Part shown: piece after piece, positions 27,546-39,388 of the stretch | Layout of the letters: each line of letters opens with the position of its first letter | Numbering within the stretch: position 1 is the stretch's first letter | NCBI GenBank assembly: GCA_964016885.1 | Contig: OZ024743.1 | Span: forward strand, 221,154,001-221,218,000 | DNA: 64,000 bases | Reading direction: 5' to 3' | Source: Eledone cirrhosa | Lineage: Eukaryota | The notes under the pieces: model-generated | Seen by the model: only the letters and a program-made list of their open reading frames with translations | The model's database searches: none | Told to the model about the DNA's origin: nothing | Position numbers and translations under genes: made by a program

Positions 27546-27713
27546 ATAATAGTAAATGTGAAGACTAAAATCCAAAGAGGGCTCGATAAGGATAAATATA
27601 TATCAAATATATAATAACCATAGAGTAAATATTTATTAAAGAATCGCTGCTTTCACCCTTAACGGGTGAAAGCAGCGATTCTTGGCTTAAATTTTAATCT
27701 GTTATTTTAATAA

Positions 27714-27752
<39 letters not shown>

Positions 27753-27789
27753 TGTGTATATATGTATTTACGCAATGGTCAATACAGCT

Positions 27790-27914
27790 CATTTCTACTG
27801 CTTGGTGAAACGGAACAACGTGAAATGGACATAAGTCATCACCTGGTCTGAGAATCAGACTCACAACCTCATCATTTCAACTCCGAAGTTCTAACCACTA
27901 ATCCTTGCACCTTC
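27790..27914 (-). mobile_element. decayed tRNA-derived SINE (second family)
   Basis: Resembles 29365-29475. The minus strand reads like a tRNA head (TGAAGGTGCAAGGATTAGTGGTTAGAACTTCGG...GAGTCTGATTCTC). Confidence 0.5.
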
Positions 27915-28801
27915 ATTTTACGTTTCGTCCTACAACCTCTTTATTCACTGCTGCCAGGCTGGAGTTAGTCACCCACTGGTGTTTCTGGTGGTAATGGTGG
28001 GTAATGATGATGGTTCTGGTTGATGATGGTGGTGGTGGAAATGGTGGTGGTAATGTTGGTGGTGGTTTTCCTGGTGAGGGGGACATGCGTAAGTTGGTTA
28101 ATTGTGGGGGATTGTAATGGTGGAGGTAGCTGATGGATGATGATGGGGAGGGTTGTGGTGGTGTTAGTGGTGGTTGTGGATGGTGATGGTGGTGATGGTT
28201 GTTGTTGTGGTGGTGGTATTGGTGGTATTGGTGGTGTTGGTGGTTGTGGATGGTGATAGCGGTTGTGATGGTGGTGGTGGTGGGGCTATTAATGATCAAG
28301 GCCAAGAGAAAAGTGAAAATGAAACTATATATTAAAACAAATTACTAGATGAAATCTTTAAACTGATCAGTGTATGTGTGAGAGAGAGGAAGTGGAAATG
28401 AGAGTCCGACAGAAAAAGAAAGTGAAAATTAGAGAGTGTGGGAGTGAGAGCCTGATAGAGAGAGCCCGAGAGAGCTAGAGAGAGAGATAAAGAGGGAGAG
28501 AAAAACCGACAGATGGACAAACGAACCGGAGAAAGTGAAATTGAGATAAGAGAGTTGGAAAATGGCGAGACAAGAAAAAAAAAAGAATAAAACAAATACA
28601 TGAAAAATTGGAGATTATAGATAAATATTGAATTGTTGATAAGAATAAATTAAACTATTTTGGTGCAGTTTACACTGAGATCGATACAACAGAGTAATGG
28701 GATATATGAGAATGATATAATTCGTTTGTTGAATGATGATCAAACAGTTCGTATCGTATATTAATAAATGAATACATTTTAGATGAAGCAATGATTTATA
28801 G

Positions 28802-29327
28802 CGTGATACTGTACACAGAGATGCTGAGAGTGCGGATGACCTCATCACTGACGTCAAAAGGTGGTACTATACACAGAGCTGCTGATAGTGCAGATGACCT
28901 TTTCATTGACGTCGAAAGGTGTTACTATACACAGAGCTGCTGAGAGTGCCGATGACCTATTCACTCGACATAAAAACGTGGTAGTGTACACAGACCTGCT
29001 GGGAGTGGCGATGACTTATTTACTGGATATCGAAACGTGATACTATATACAAACTTCCTGAGATTGCGGTTGACCTCTTCACTTAACGTCGAAAGGTGGT
29101 ACTATACACAGACTTGCTGAAAGTGGCGATGCCCTATTTACTGGACATCGAAACGTTGTATTGTACACAGACTTCCTGAGAGTGCGTATGGCCTATTCAT
29201 TAAATGTCGAAACGTGGTAATATTCACAAACCTGCTGAGAGCGCCGATGACCTATTGACGTTTTGTCGAAACGTGCCACTATACAAAGACCTGTTGAGAA
29301 TGCTAATGACGTATTTACCGGTCATCA
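28802..29327. repeat. diverged ~59 bp minisatellite, about 9 units
   Basis: Approximate consensus GTGGTACTATACACAGACCTGCTGAGAGTGCCGATGACCTATTCACTGGACRTCGAAAC. Confidence 0.9.
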
Positions 29328-29364
29328 AAGTGAGGGCTAGATGAACTTATTGAACTTATTTGTG

Positions 29365-29475
29365 TCAGTGAAATAAAGTGTCCTACTCAACGATTCAACG
29401 CACCACTGAGAATCGAATTCATGACTATAAGATCGTTAGCTAATTACACTTCACACAAAGCCATGTGCTTTCACA
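29365..29475 (-). mobile_element. decayed tRNA-derived SINE (second family)
   Basis: GTGAAATAAAGTGTCCTACTCAA...GAGAATCGAATTCATGAC. The reverse complement gives a B-box-like GAATTCGATTCTC. Confidence 0.5.
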
Positions 29476-29501
29476 CACAACAAACTATATATGTATATGC
29501 T

Positions 29502-29546
<45 letters not shown>

Positions 29547-30220
29547 CCCCGTAATAAAGCATATACATATATATGTGTATGTATGTATGCATGGAGTCAT
29601 CTTGTACAAGTGTCTTCTTTTACAACAGTCTCGTATCGACTTCAGGCTTTGTGAGTGAAATTGGGAAGATAGAAACGGATACCTTGTGGAATGGAATCCT
29701 ATATGATGGATTGTACCTGTAATTCAGTCTCTTTGTATGTACACATGCAGTTACACAAATACAATTTTCAATTTGCAACCATGTCACTACGGGCTTGATC
29801 TCACAGAATAACATCAGGAGAAATTGGTTTTACCCTAGCCTCGGGTCGACAAAAACCGTGTATGTAAAATTAGGTAGACGCAAACTGTGTGGAACGGAAG
29901 CAGTAAGTCATAGGTCTAGCCTTTTCATATATTGGTTCAAATAGATTCTACTTAAGTGTATAACTGTCTGTAGAATACTCAACTAATTACATGTATCCTC
30001 TTTCAAGTTTTTAGTTGTGTAAATGAATTTGGGAAACATTTGCTTTAGGCACACTACATGAAGATAATTTTTGCTGTAGGGATCCATCAATGCTATGGGT
30101 TATGTGATTGGTCAATGTACACAAAATGCGTAGTAGCAAATACAAAGCTTTACTGCTGTTTCGGTTGCATGTTAAGTCACTATATTCCACACGCTTACAT
30201 TATTTCGAGTAAACACACCC

Positions 30221-30335
30221 CAGAGTTCACCAGCTGCACACATCTTCATCCCAGAGTTCACCAGCTGCATATATCTCCATGAAAAAGTTCACCAGCTACA
30301 CATATTCGTTACAGAGTTCACCAGCTTCACACGTT
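30221..30335. repeat. ~30 bp minisatellite, 4 units
   Basis: AGTTCACCAGCT recurs four times at ~27-34 bp spacing. Confidence 0.85.
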
Positions 30336-30617
30336 TCCTTAATTGATATATCTACGGTTTCTTATCAGAGACTCTTACGAGCTTATAAAGGGACCTAATA
30401 TAAACGACGTAATTATATACCTCCCATGTACTCTCCACATTTTAGCATACCTTTTCCCTCCTGTATACGGTGACATATGTATAATAAGGAGTTCGTTTAT
30501 CAACGACTTCATTTCAGGCTCACTCTTGAAGCGTGGTACCTTGGGCAATTGTTTCCTACTATTGCCACAGGTTGAGTAAAATTAATTTGTTAGATGGAGA
30601 CTGAGAGGATGCAAGCC

Positions 30618-30675
<58 letters not shown>

Positions 30676-30680
30676 CTTCA

Positions 30681-30970
30681 CGAGAACAATTGTTTCACCT
30701 TAGCGGATATTCAGCTCGTCATGGATATGGTTATACGGAACATGAAGGACAACCGTATGAATGCGTATGCGCAGGAAAAGTCACTTCACCCAGACAATAC
30801 AAAACTGCGTGCGAGAGGTGTAAGGGAGATAACCTCTCGCATGCAGTTTTGTATTGCCTGGGTGAAGTGACTGTTCCTGCGCATGCGCGTTCATATGGTT
30901 GTCCTTCCTGTTCCGTATAACCATGTCGATTACGAGCTGAAGATCCGCTAAGGTGAAACAATTGATCTCG
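30681..30970. repeat. ~290 bp fold-back palindrome with a minimal hammerhead motif at each outer end
   Basis: Arms of ~138 bp pair around a ~12 nt loop near 30820-30831. Hammerhead-like motifs lie at 30933-30970 (+) and 30681-30718 (-). Confidence 0.85.
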
Positions 30971-31070
30971 TTATGCTGAACTAACTGTTGTGTTACCACT
31001 TCTACCTAACTCATCCCATGGACTGAGTGCTCTACCACTACGGATATTACCTTCCAGTATTCTATCTCTT

Positions 31071-31208
<138 letters not shown>

Positions 31209-31328
31209 TTCCCGAGAGGTGTCGGGGAAGGGGTTTAAGTACAGTTAATAAGGTACTCAATATGTTGGTAAAGTATACTCATCTTTATTTTATTATTCGT
31301 ATGAAACAGTTCTAATCCTGTAGAATTC

Positions 31329-31439
<111 letters not shown>

Positions 31440-31944
31440 TGCACGCACGCGTATGTGTGTGTGCGTGTGCGTAATTTTCTATAAATATTTGTATGTGTGT
31501 GTATCTGTGTTTAATTTTACCTGTTTGTTTATATTGTGTAATTTAACGATTTGAAAAAAAAAGGGATTGATAAAACCAGTACCAAATTTTAAAAAAAGTA
31601 CAGTGGTTGATATAATCAACTAAACCCCTTTGAGGTTGGAATTTGATGGACAAAAACAATAAATGTTTTAAAAGGTCTGATGATGACAATATCGCTGTAT
31701 AGGGTTATTTCCTGTAAAAGCAATGAAGTATTTTACATTAATTCAATTTTGCCCCCCAAATTCGTATGCAGTAAGATTTGAATTGAGAGCCATCTAAAGA
31801 GACATAACTTCATACAACCAACATGCACTCCACAATTTTAGCATACCTTCATATTTTCTCTCTTGCTAACAATATTTCTTTTGACATTGGAAGAAATCAC
31901 CGAGGAGTGGAAGCTTCCACTCCTCTCTGACTTTCCTCAATCAT

Positions 31945-32915
31945 AATTGTTTCTACTTATGGCACAAGGCCAGCAATTACCCAGTGCATTACTGGTACTT
32001 TATTTTATCGACCCCGTAAGGATGAAAGGCAAAGTTAACATCTGCAGGATTTGAACTCAGATCGTAAGGGGACGTAACTATGCTGGAAAGAATGTCCGAC
32101 CTTCTACCGATACTGCCAATTCACCGCCCTACACTTTCCTCAATCATAATAATAGTTTTTGATTTAGGCACAAGGCTAACAATTTTAGGGGAGGCAAAGT
32201 TAATTAAATCAACCCCACCCCTCGTAAAAGTAATTGTTTCTACTAATGGCACAAGGCCAGGAAAATACCCAGTACATTACTGGTACTTTATTTTATCGAC
32301 CGGGTAAGGATGAAAGGCAAATTTAACCTCGGCGGGATTTGAACTCAGAATGGCAAGTGCCGTAACTCTATGCGTCAAAGCATGGCGTCCGACCCTCTAC
32401 CGATACTGCCAATTCATCGTAAAAATAATAATGGTTTCTTATATAGGCACAGGGCCAGCAATTTTGGGTGAGGCGAAAGTCGATTAAATCGACCCTAGTG
32501 CGTGACTGGTACTTTATTCTATCGACGCCGTAAGGATGAAAGGCAAAGTTAACCTCGGCGGGATTTGTACTAAGACCCTAAAGGACTGTAACTTTATACT
32601 GCAAAGCATGGTGTCCGACTCTCTACCGATACTGCCAATCCGCCACCCTAGTAGTACTATTAATAATAATTGTTTCTACTTTTGGCACAAGGCCAGCAAT
32701 TACCCAGTGCATTACTGATAATAATTGTTTCTACATTAGGCACAAGGCCAGGGATTTGAAGGAGAGGGGAAAGTCGATTAAATTGACCCCAGTGCGTGAT
32801 TGGTACTTTAAATTATCGACCCCGGTGCGATTTGAACTCAGAACATTAAGGAATGTAACAATATACCACGAAGCATCTTGTCTGAAGCTCTACTGATACT
32901 GTCAATCTACCTCCC
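31945..32915 (-). mobile_element. cluster of about 6 full or partial co-oriented Deu/Nin-like SINE copies
   Basis: Repeated GGCACAAGGCCAG, TTTATCGACCCCGTAAGGATGAAAGGCAAAGTTAACCTCGGCGGGATTTGAACTCAG and CTCTACCGATACTGCCAAT, separated by short AAT runs. Confidence 0.9.
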
Positions 32916-33250
32916 TCGTAATAATAGTAATAGTAGTAGTAGTAGTAATGATAATAACACCAATAATAATAGCGACAAAAATAATGGCTTCTGATTTAGT
33001 TATTAAATCATAAAGAAGACGTTTATAGCTTCATTAAACATGTAATTATCTAATATAATTATAGCTGGAGATGTTACTTTCGTCTTGAAAGAAATCATTT
33101 GATTGATCAGAATTAGCGAAGAGATATAGCCAAAGATTTATCAATTTTTCCTATTCATTTACTCTTATAACTATTGATTTATTGCATTGTCACAAGATCA
33201 CAATTTATTTATTGCATTGATATAATTTATTTTTTTATAAAGGAATGAGT

Positions 33251-33761
33251 GGAATTGAATTGACTTCCGTTGGTTTCAACGATGAGTGTTTTAGTTGTAC
33301 GATCAATAGAACGATCTGCTTATAAATTTAACCTGCAAGTGGCTGGCTGAGAGTTTGACACACGTATTTATCCGTTGCGTAATTCTCACAGAGATTCAGC
33401 GTGTCATAGTGAGTGAGTGATAAAGCTAAATCTTGAATTACAAGTACAGTCCATGCACAATATTCCAAGCAGTGGATTTGATACCAGGACCTAAAGAAGA
33501 GTGAGTATAATCGGTTAAATCAATGAGATTATACAAGTTTTGTAAGTGAAATCCGGTTGACGGGAGCTGTTTGAAAACTCGTTACTCGGTATTTGTAATT
33601 CAAGGGACTAGACTAGTCACGTTAAATCTCCTTGAGAATTATATCAAGGGTACCTATATCTGTGGAATATGCACCTACTCCCGCGTTAATTTTAGGAACA
33701 AGTTGCTCCATTTATCGAGCAACTAGACTACTCATCGTCGAAACCGACGTAGGAGAATTCC
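33251..33761. repeat. imperfect inverted pair of a ~190 bp interspersed repeat
   Basis: 33251-33450 (GGTTTCAACGATGAGTG...GAATTACAAGTAC) versus the reverse complement of 33590-33761 (TTTGTAATTCAAGG...CTCATCGTCGAAACCGACG). Confidence 0.6.
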
Positions 33762-34512
33762 ATTTTTGCCACTGCTCTACCGTTCTCGTGAATTTATACG
33801 ATTGTAGGAAACTGTTTGCATATCATTCATAGTTTGCCTGTAAGCAAGACATTTAATTCAAATAATAAGTGCTATTAACTTTAAACAACCGAGAAAACAA
33901 AATGACGCTGGATGTTAACGCTGGAAGCTTATAATGAAATGTAATAATACTTTACACAGCCTTTCATGAATGTTCTTCGTCAGAACCAATTGGATATTAT
34001 TACACGATTCAGTAAGTTTAGATTAATTCGCATGTTTTAGGTTTTATGTTTTTGTTATTTAGTTTTTCTTTCTGTAAATCAGTATAATACAATGGATCTT
34101 CAACTGGAAACAATTAGTTTGACAGTAATATATGACGACTTAAACTTACAGGATAGAGTCGACTAATCTGAGTAAGAGCTAGGTATACATCATCCATACA
34201 ATTTGACGTTTCTAATGTCAATCTCTTATCAAATTACCTATCTGTACACGTACACACACACATAGACACACACAAACACACACTCTCCCTCTCTCTATAT
34301 ATATACACATGCACACACGTAACAGCTCTGATGTTCCAACATGCTCTCACTCTCTCGCAAACTTTCCATTTCCTGAAGAAGCACTTATGTCCGAAGCACA
34401 GAACCCACTTCCTACTTCATCCTAAACATGATACAAATAGGACTTTGTGGGTTTTTGCATAGTTGTGTTTGTGTTGTCATTTCTTTAAACACAGAGAGAG
34501 ATATATATTTAG

Positions 34513-34617
<105 letters not shown>

Positions 34618-34633
34618 CACACATATATAAATA

Positions 34634-34815
34634 ATTGTTTCTACTTTTGGCACAAAGCCAGTAATTATCCCAGTACATTACTGGTACTTTATTTTATCGA
34701 CCCCGTAAGGATGAAAGGCAAAGTTAACCTTGGCGGGATTTGAACTCAGAATGACAAGGGCCGTAACTCTATGCCACAAAGCATGGCGTCTGACCCTCTA
34801 CCGATACTGTCAATC
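34634..34815 (-). mobile_element. Deu/Nin-like SINE copy
   Basis: Highly similar to 2590-2780. Confidence 0.88.
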
Positions 34816-35072
34816 CATAATGACACTGTAAACATGAAAGAGAAACTCCAGAGTAAAGGAACACTGACACGACCGTAATAAAACCAAACATCACTCTCAA
34901 ATAAGATATTGAATACTCACGACCGTCACTAGTAATGTAACAATGTAACAATTATAAAAACATATTCTATCGGATTAAAGGGAAAATATTTAAATACACC
35001 CACTGTCCTTTTACTTTTTACCTACACACATTCATACACGAGCGCACACACACACACACATATATATATATG

Positions 35073-35112
<40 letters not shown>

Positions 35113-35162
35113 AGTATGTATGTATACGTACATACATATATGTATACAGACGTACAGTAGCA

Positions 35163-35236
<74 letters not shown>

Positions 35237-35311
35237 CATACAGGTACACATACATATATGCACGCATGATACTAAGAGTGAGTAATGAAATTTCGTTTTC
35301 ATTTTTTTCAA

Positions 35312-35376
<65 letters not shown>

Positions 35377-35547
35377 ATGTAAATATATATTCGCAATCGT
35401 GTGGTTGTTAGTTCGACACTTTATTTCACGCTGCCCCTTCTACCGGGAGTTGGACCGATAGATAGTATTAGCAACTGGAAAGACCACTGGAAACATTGTT
35501 TCCTCGGTCCAACTTGACGAAAGTCGATCGTTCCTTTATTTCATATA

Positions 35548-35664
<117 letters not shown>

Positions 35665-35912
35665 ATAAACGTAGTTTTGTCTTTGCTTGTAATTGTTTTT
35701 CACCGCTCCAAATAATGACGTATTATATTTGTTTTTTCCCGTTCTTTGCCAGGGAACGTTCCCACGAACCAAAGTATCGTCTTCGCGTCTTCCTCCGGTT
35801 GCAACGTTTTTTTGAAATATTCACTTCTGCGTTCACAGATTGACTTTGTTACTTTCAGAAGATCCCGTTAAGGGTGAAAGCAGCGATTCTTTGCTTAAAC
35901 TTTAATCTGTTA

Positions 35913-35967
<55 letters not shown>

Positions 35968-35976
<9 letters not shown>

Positions 35977-36954
35977 TAAACAAATAATGAACAAACAATT
36001 CCTTATATTAAACAAAAAAAGTTCACTATTTAACGATCGTTTCTAGGGCATATATGTGCTATAATTGGTATGCATATTTAACAGATCTATGTACAAAATT
36101 ATACAAAATTATACAAATTATCAAGATTAAATATACATACCTAACTCATATATACGCCGTCTTCAGAAATAATGAAGTATATTTATTGATAATAACAACA
36201 ATTCAAAATATCAGTTCAAAATTGACCAATGAAAACACAAAGGGTTAAAAAGCAGTTTGGTGTGTGTATATACATGTAAAACCCTACACACATTTTACAA
36301 TAATGTGTGTATAATATGTATGTGCATACTAAAAAGATGGATGCAAATAAAAAATTTCAAGGTTAATATCTCTGTAAGCTTAATGCGCTGATAAGATACG
36401 CAATGATACTTATGTAGTCAAGCATATAAATATATTTTTTTCATACTCACACATATCAGTATAATCACACATACATGTGCGTATATATATAAATATACAC
36501 ATAACCACGAACACACAAACACACACACACACACACACCCCCCACTCACATTTATATATGTGGATATAAAATCATAAGCAAATAGAAATTAAGTCACTCA
36601 CATAAACACACTGGTACACACATTTCAAGATCAAGATACAGAAATTAGGTGGGAGGGGGGGGGGAGGGGTCAGTATTAGGTTGTCAGACCAGACAGCCTA
36701 ATATAAATGTATCTATAAATTATGAAAAATAAAAAAATAAAAACAATAAAATATATTACATATAATATAATGTACATACACATACAGATATACATACACA
36801 TACATACATGTACGCGCACATAGAGATATCTACACATACATACATACACACATACCTATACTGTCATACACACACATACATTTACACGAACATACACATA
36901 CACATATAAAAAGATAAAAATACGGACACACACACGCGCAACACATACACACAT

Positions 36955-36991
<37 letters not shown>

Positions 36992-37112
36992 TATACATAT
37001 ATATACACACACACACATAGACTCATATATATATACATACACATACATATACTTATACATAAACATATATATCCCACACTCATACCACCATGAAAACACA
37101 TACAAACATCCA

Positions 37113-37159
<47 letters not shown>

Positions 37160-37251
37160 ATACACACACGTACACATATATGCATATATACATACATATA
37201 TACACACATACACATATATATATATACACACACACATAAAATACAGACATG

Positions 37252-37282
<31 letters not shown>

Positions 37283-37374
37283 TTCATTACCCTTATATAT
37301 ACACATAGTATATATACATACACAACCTCACTTATACACATATACACATAAGTTATATTACAATAATAATAAAG

Positions 37375-37429
<55 letters not shown>

Positions 37430-37550
37430 TATACATACATACACATACATATACATACATACATACACATACATACATACACCTAAATATAAACATATAT
37501 AAATACACACATACGAATAAAGACATATATTCACACATAGACACCTATAT

Positions 37551-37588
<38 letters not shown>

Positions 37589-37677
37589 ATATACACACAC
37601 ATACACATACATACACATATATATATATATATACACATATATACACACGCACACACATACAGACACACATACACACT

Positions 37678-37718
<41 letters not shown>

Positions 37719-39347
37719 ATGTGAGTGTGCGCAAATACATACATATATATACACACACACATACAAACACACACAAACACATACATATGCATACATGCAC
37801 ACACACACACATATATCACATAGATACGAAGATACAGACACACATACACACTCACATATATATATATATATATATATATATGTGTATGTGAGTGTGCGCA
37901 AATACATACATATATATACACACACACATACAAACACACACAAACACATACATATGCATACATGCACACACACACACATATATCACATAGATACGAAGAT
38001 AAACATATAAATAGATAGACATACAAATATATACAGAACCCATATACACATACATGCAAACACGCATATACATATATACATATATACACACATATATATT
38101 CCTATATACAAGCATACACATACACACACATATATACATATACCTACACATATATATACCACACGTTCACATACACATACATATATAATACATATATATA
38201 CATACATATACATACATATGTATGTACAATCATATATACACACTCAATCTTACATTCATATTTACATGCTCATATATGTATTTTTATATCTAGAAATAAA
38301 TACCAAAAAAAAAAAAAAACTATATAGACACCCATCTACCCATATATTCATACATATACACTTACAAAAACAGATGATAATAGTATGGGGGAAAGGGGGG
38401 GGTTTGGAGAAGGGGATCAAAGTAAATATATGTTTCAAGAAACCTATAATATTTTCCATATCTTAATTCAATGTATGTTCTTACATATTTTCAATGCTAG
38501 GAAATACGAAATCTATGCATCACAAAATAAAAAAGTATACCATTAATCATATGTCAACTAAACCAAAGATAGTCAACATATTGATTTCCAAGGTGTAAAT
38601 TAGTTAGGTTTATAATATTTGAAGCAGAATTATGAAGTCAAACAGTAGTAGATTATAAATTACATTATAACTAAATTAAAGTTAATAATAGGGAAAAGAA
38701 ACCCAAATAAAAATAAAATAAAGTATTACATCGGTAGTAGCATATAAATTATATGTTAACTAAGTTAAAAATTATATATTTATTTCAATAGTATATGTTA
38801 ATTAGTATATGTTAATTAGGTATACAATACATAAAGCAGATATTGTATTTCATCAATAGCATAATATAATTATATGCAAATAAAAATCAAAATTAATACG
38901 CATACACATACATATACATACACATACACATACATATACATATACATACACATATATATATATATATATACATATATATACACACATACATACATATATA
39001 GTCACATAAATATACATACAGATACACATACAATACACACATATACATATACATATAGATATACATATCTTTTTCAAAAAATTTGCACAGAATATATTAA
39101 CTAGGTATATATCCAAAAACACCTCCCATTCTATGATTACATGAAATTCTGCAATTCGTCTGTACAAGGATACTAATTTTAAGCAAATTAAAATTAAAAT
39201 TAAAGTTTTAGGTTGATTAAAGCTAAAACCAAATAATAAATATATTTCCAAAATGTATATTAAATAGGTCAATAATACTAAAAATTCTTTCTCCGTCATA
39301 GGATACATGATATTATTTTGTTATATTTTATCTGTAAAAGAATTATA

Positions 39348-39388
<41 letters not shown>

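Noticed and set aside
27913-28305. His/Pro-rich 130 aa ORF
   Set aside because: Degenerate (GGT/GAT)n trinucleotide repeat with no exon evidence.
28802-29327. CRISPR-like array
   Set aside because: Whole units are homologous with no unique spacers, there are no cas genes and the context is eukaryotic.
33251-33761. MITE with terminal inverted repeats
   Set aside because: The arms are long, diverged and lack a clear target-site duplication. Two oppositely oriented interspersed repeat copies fit better.
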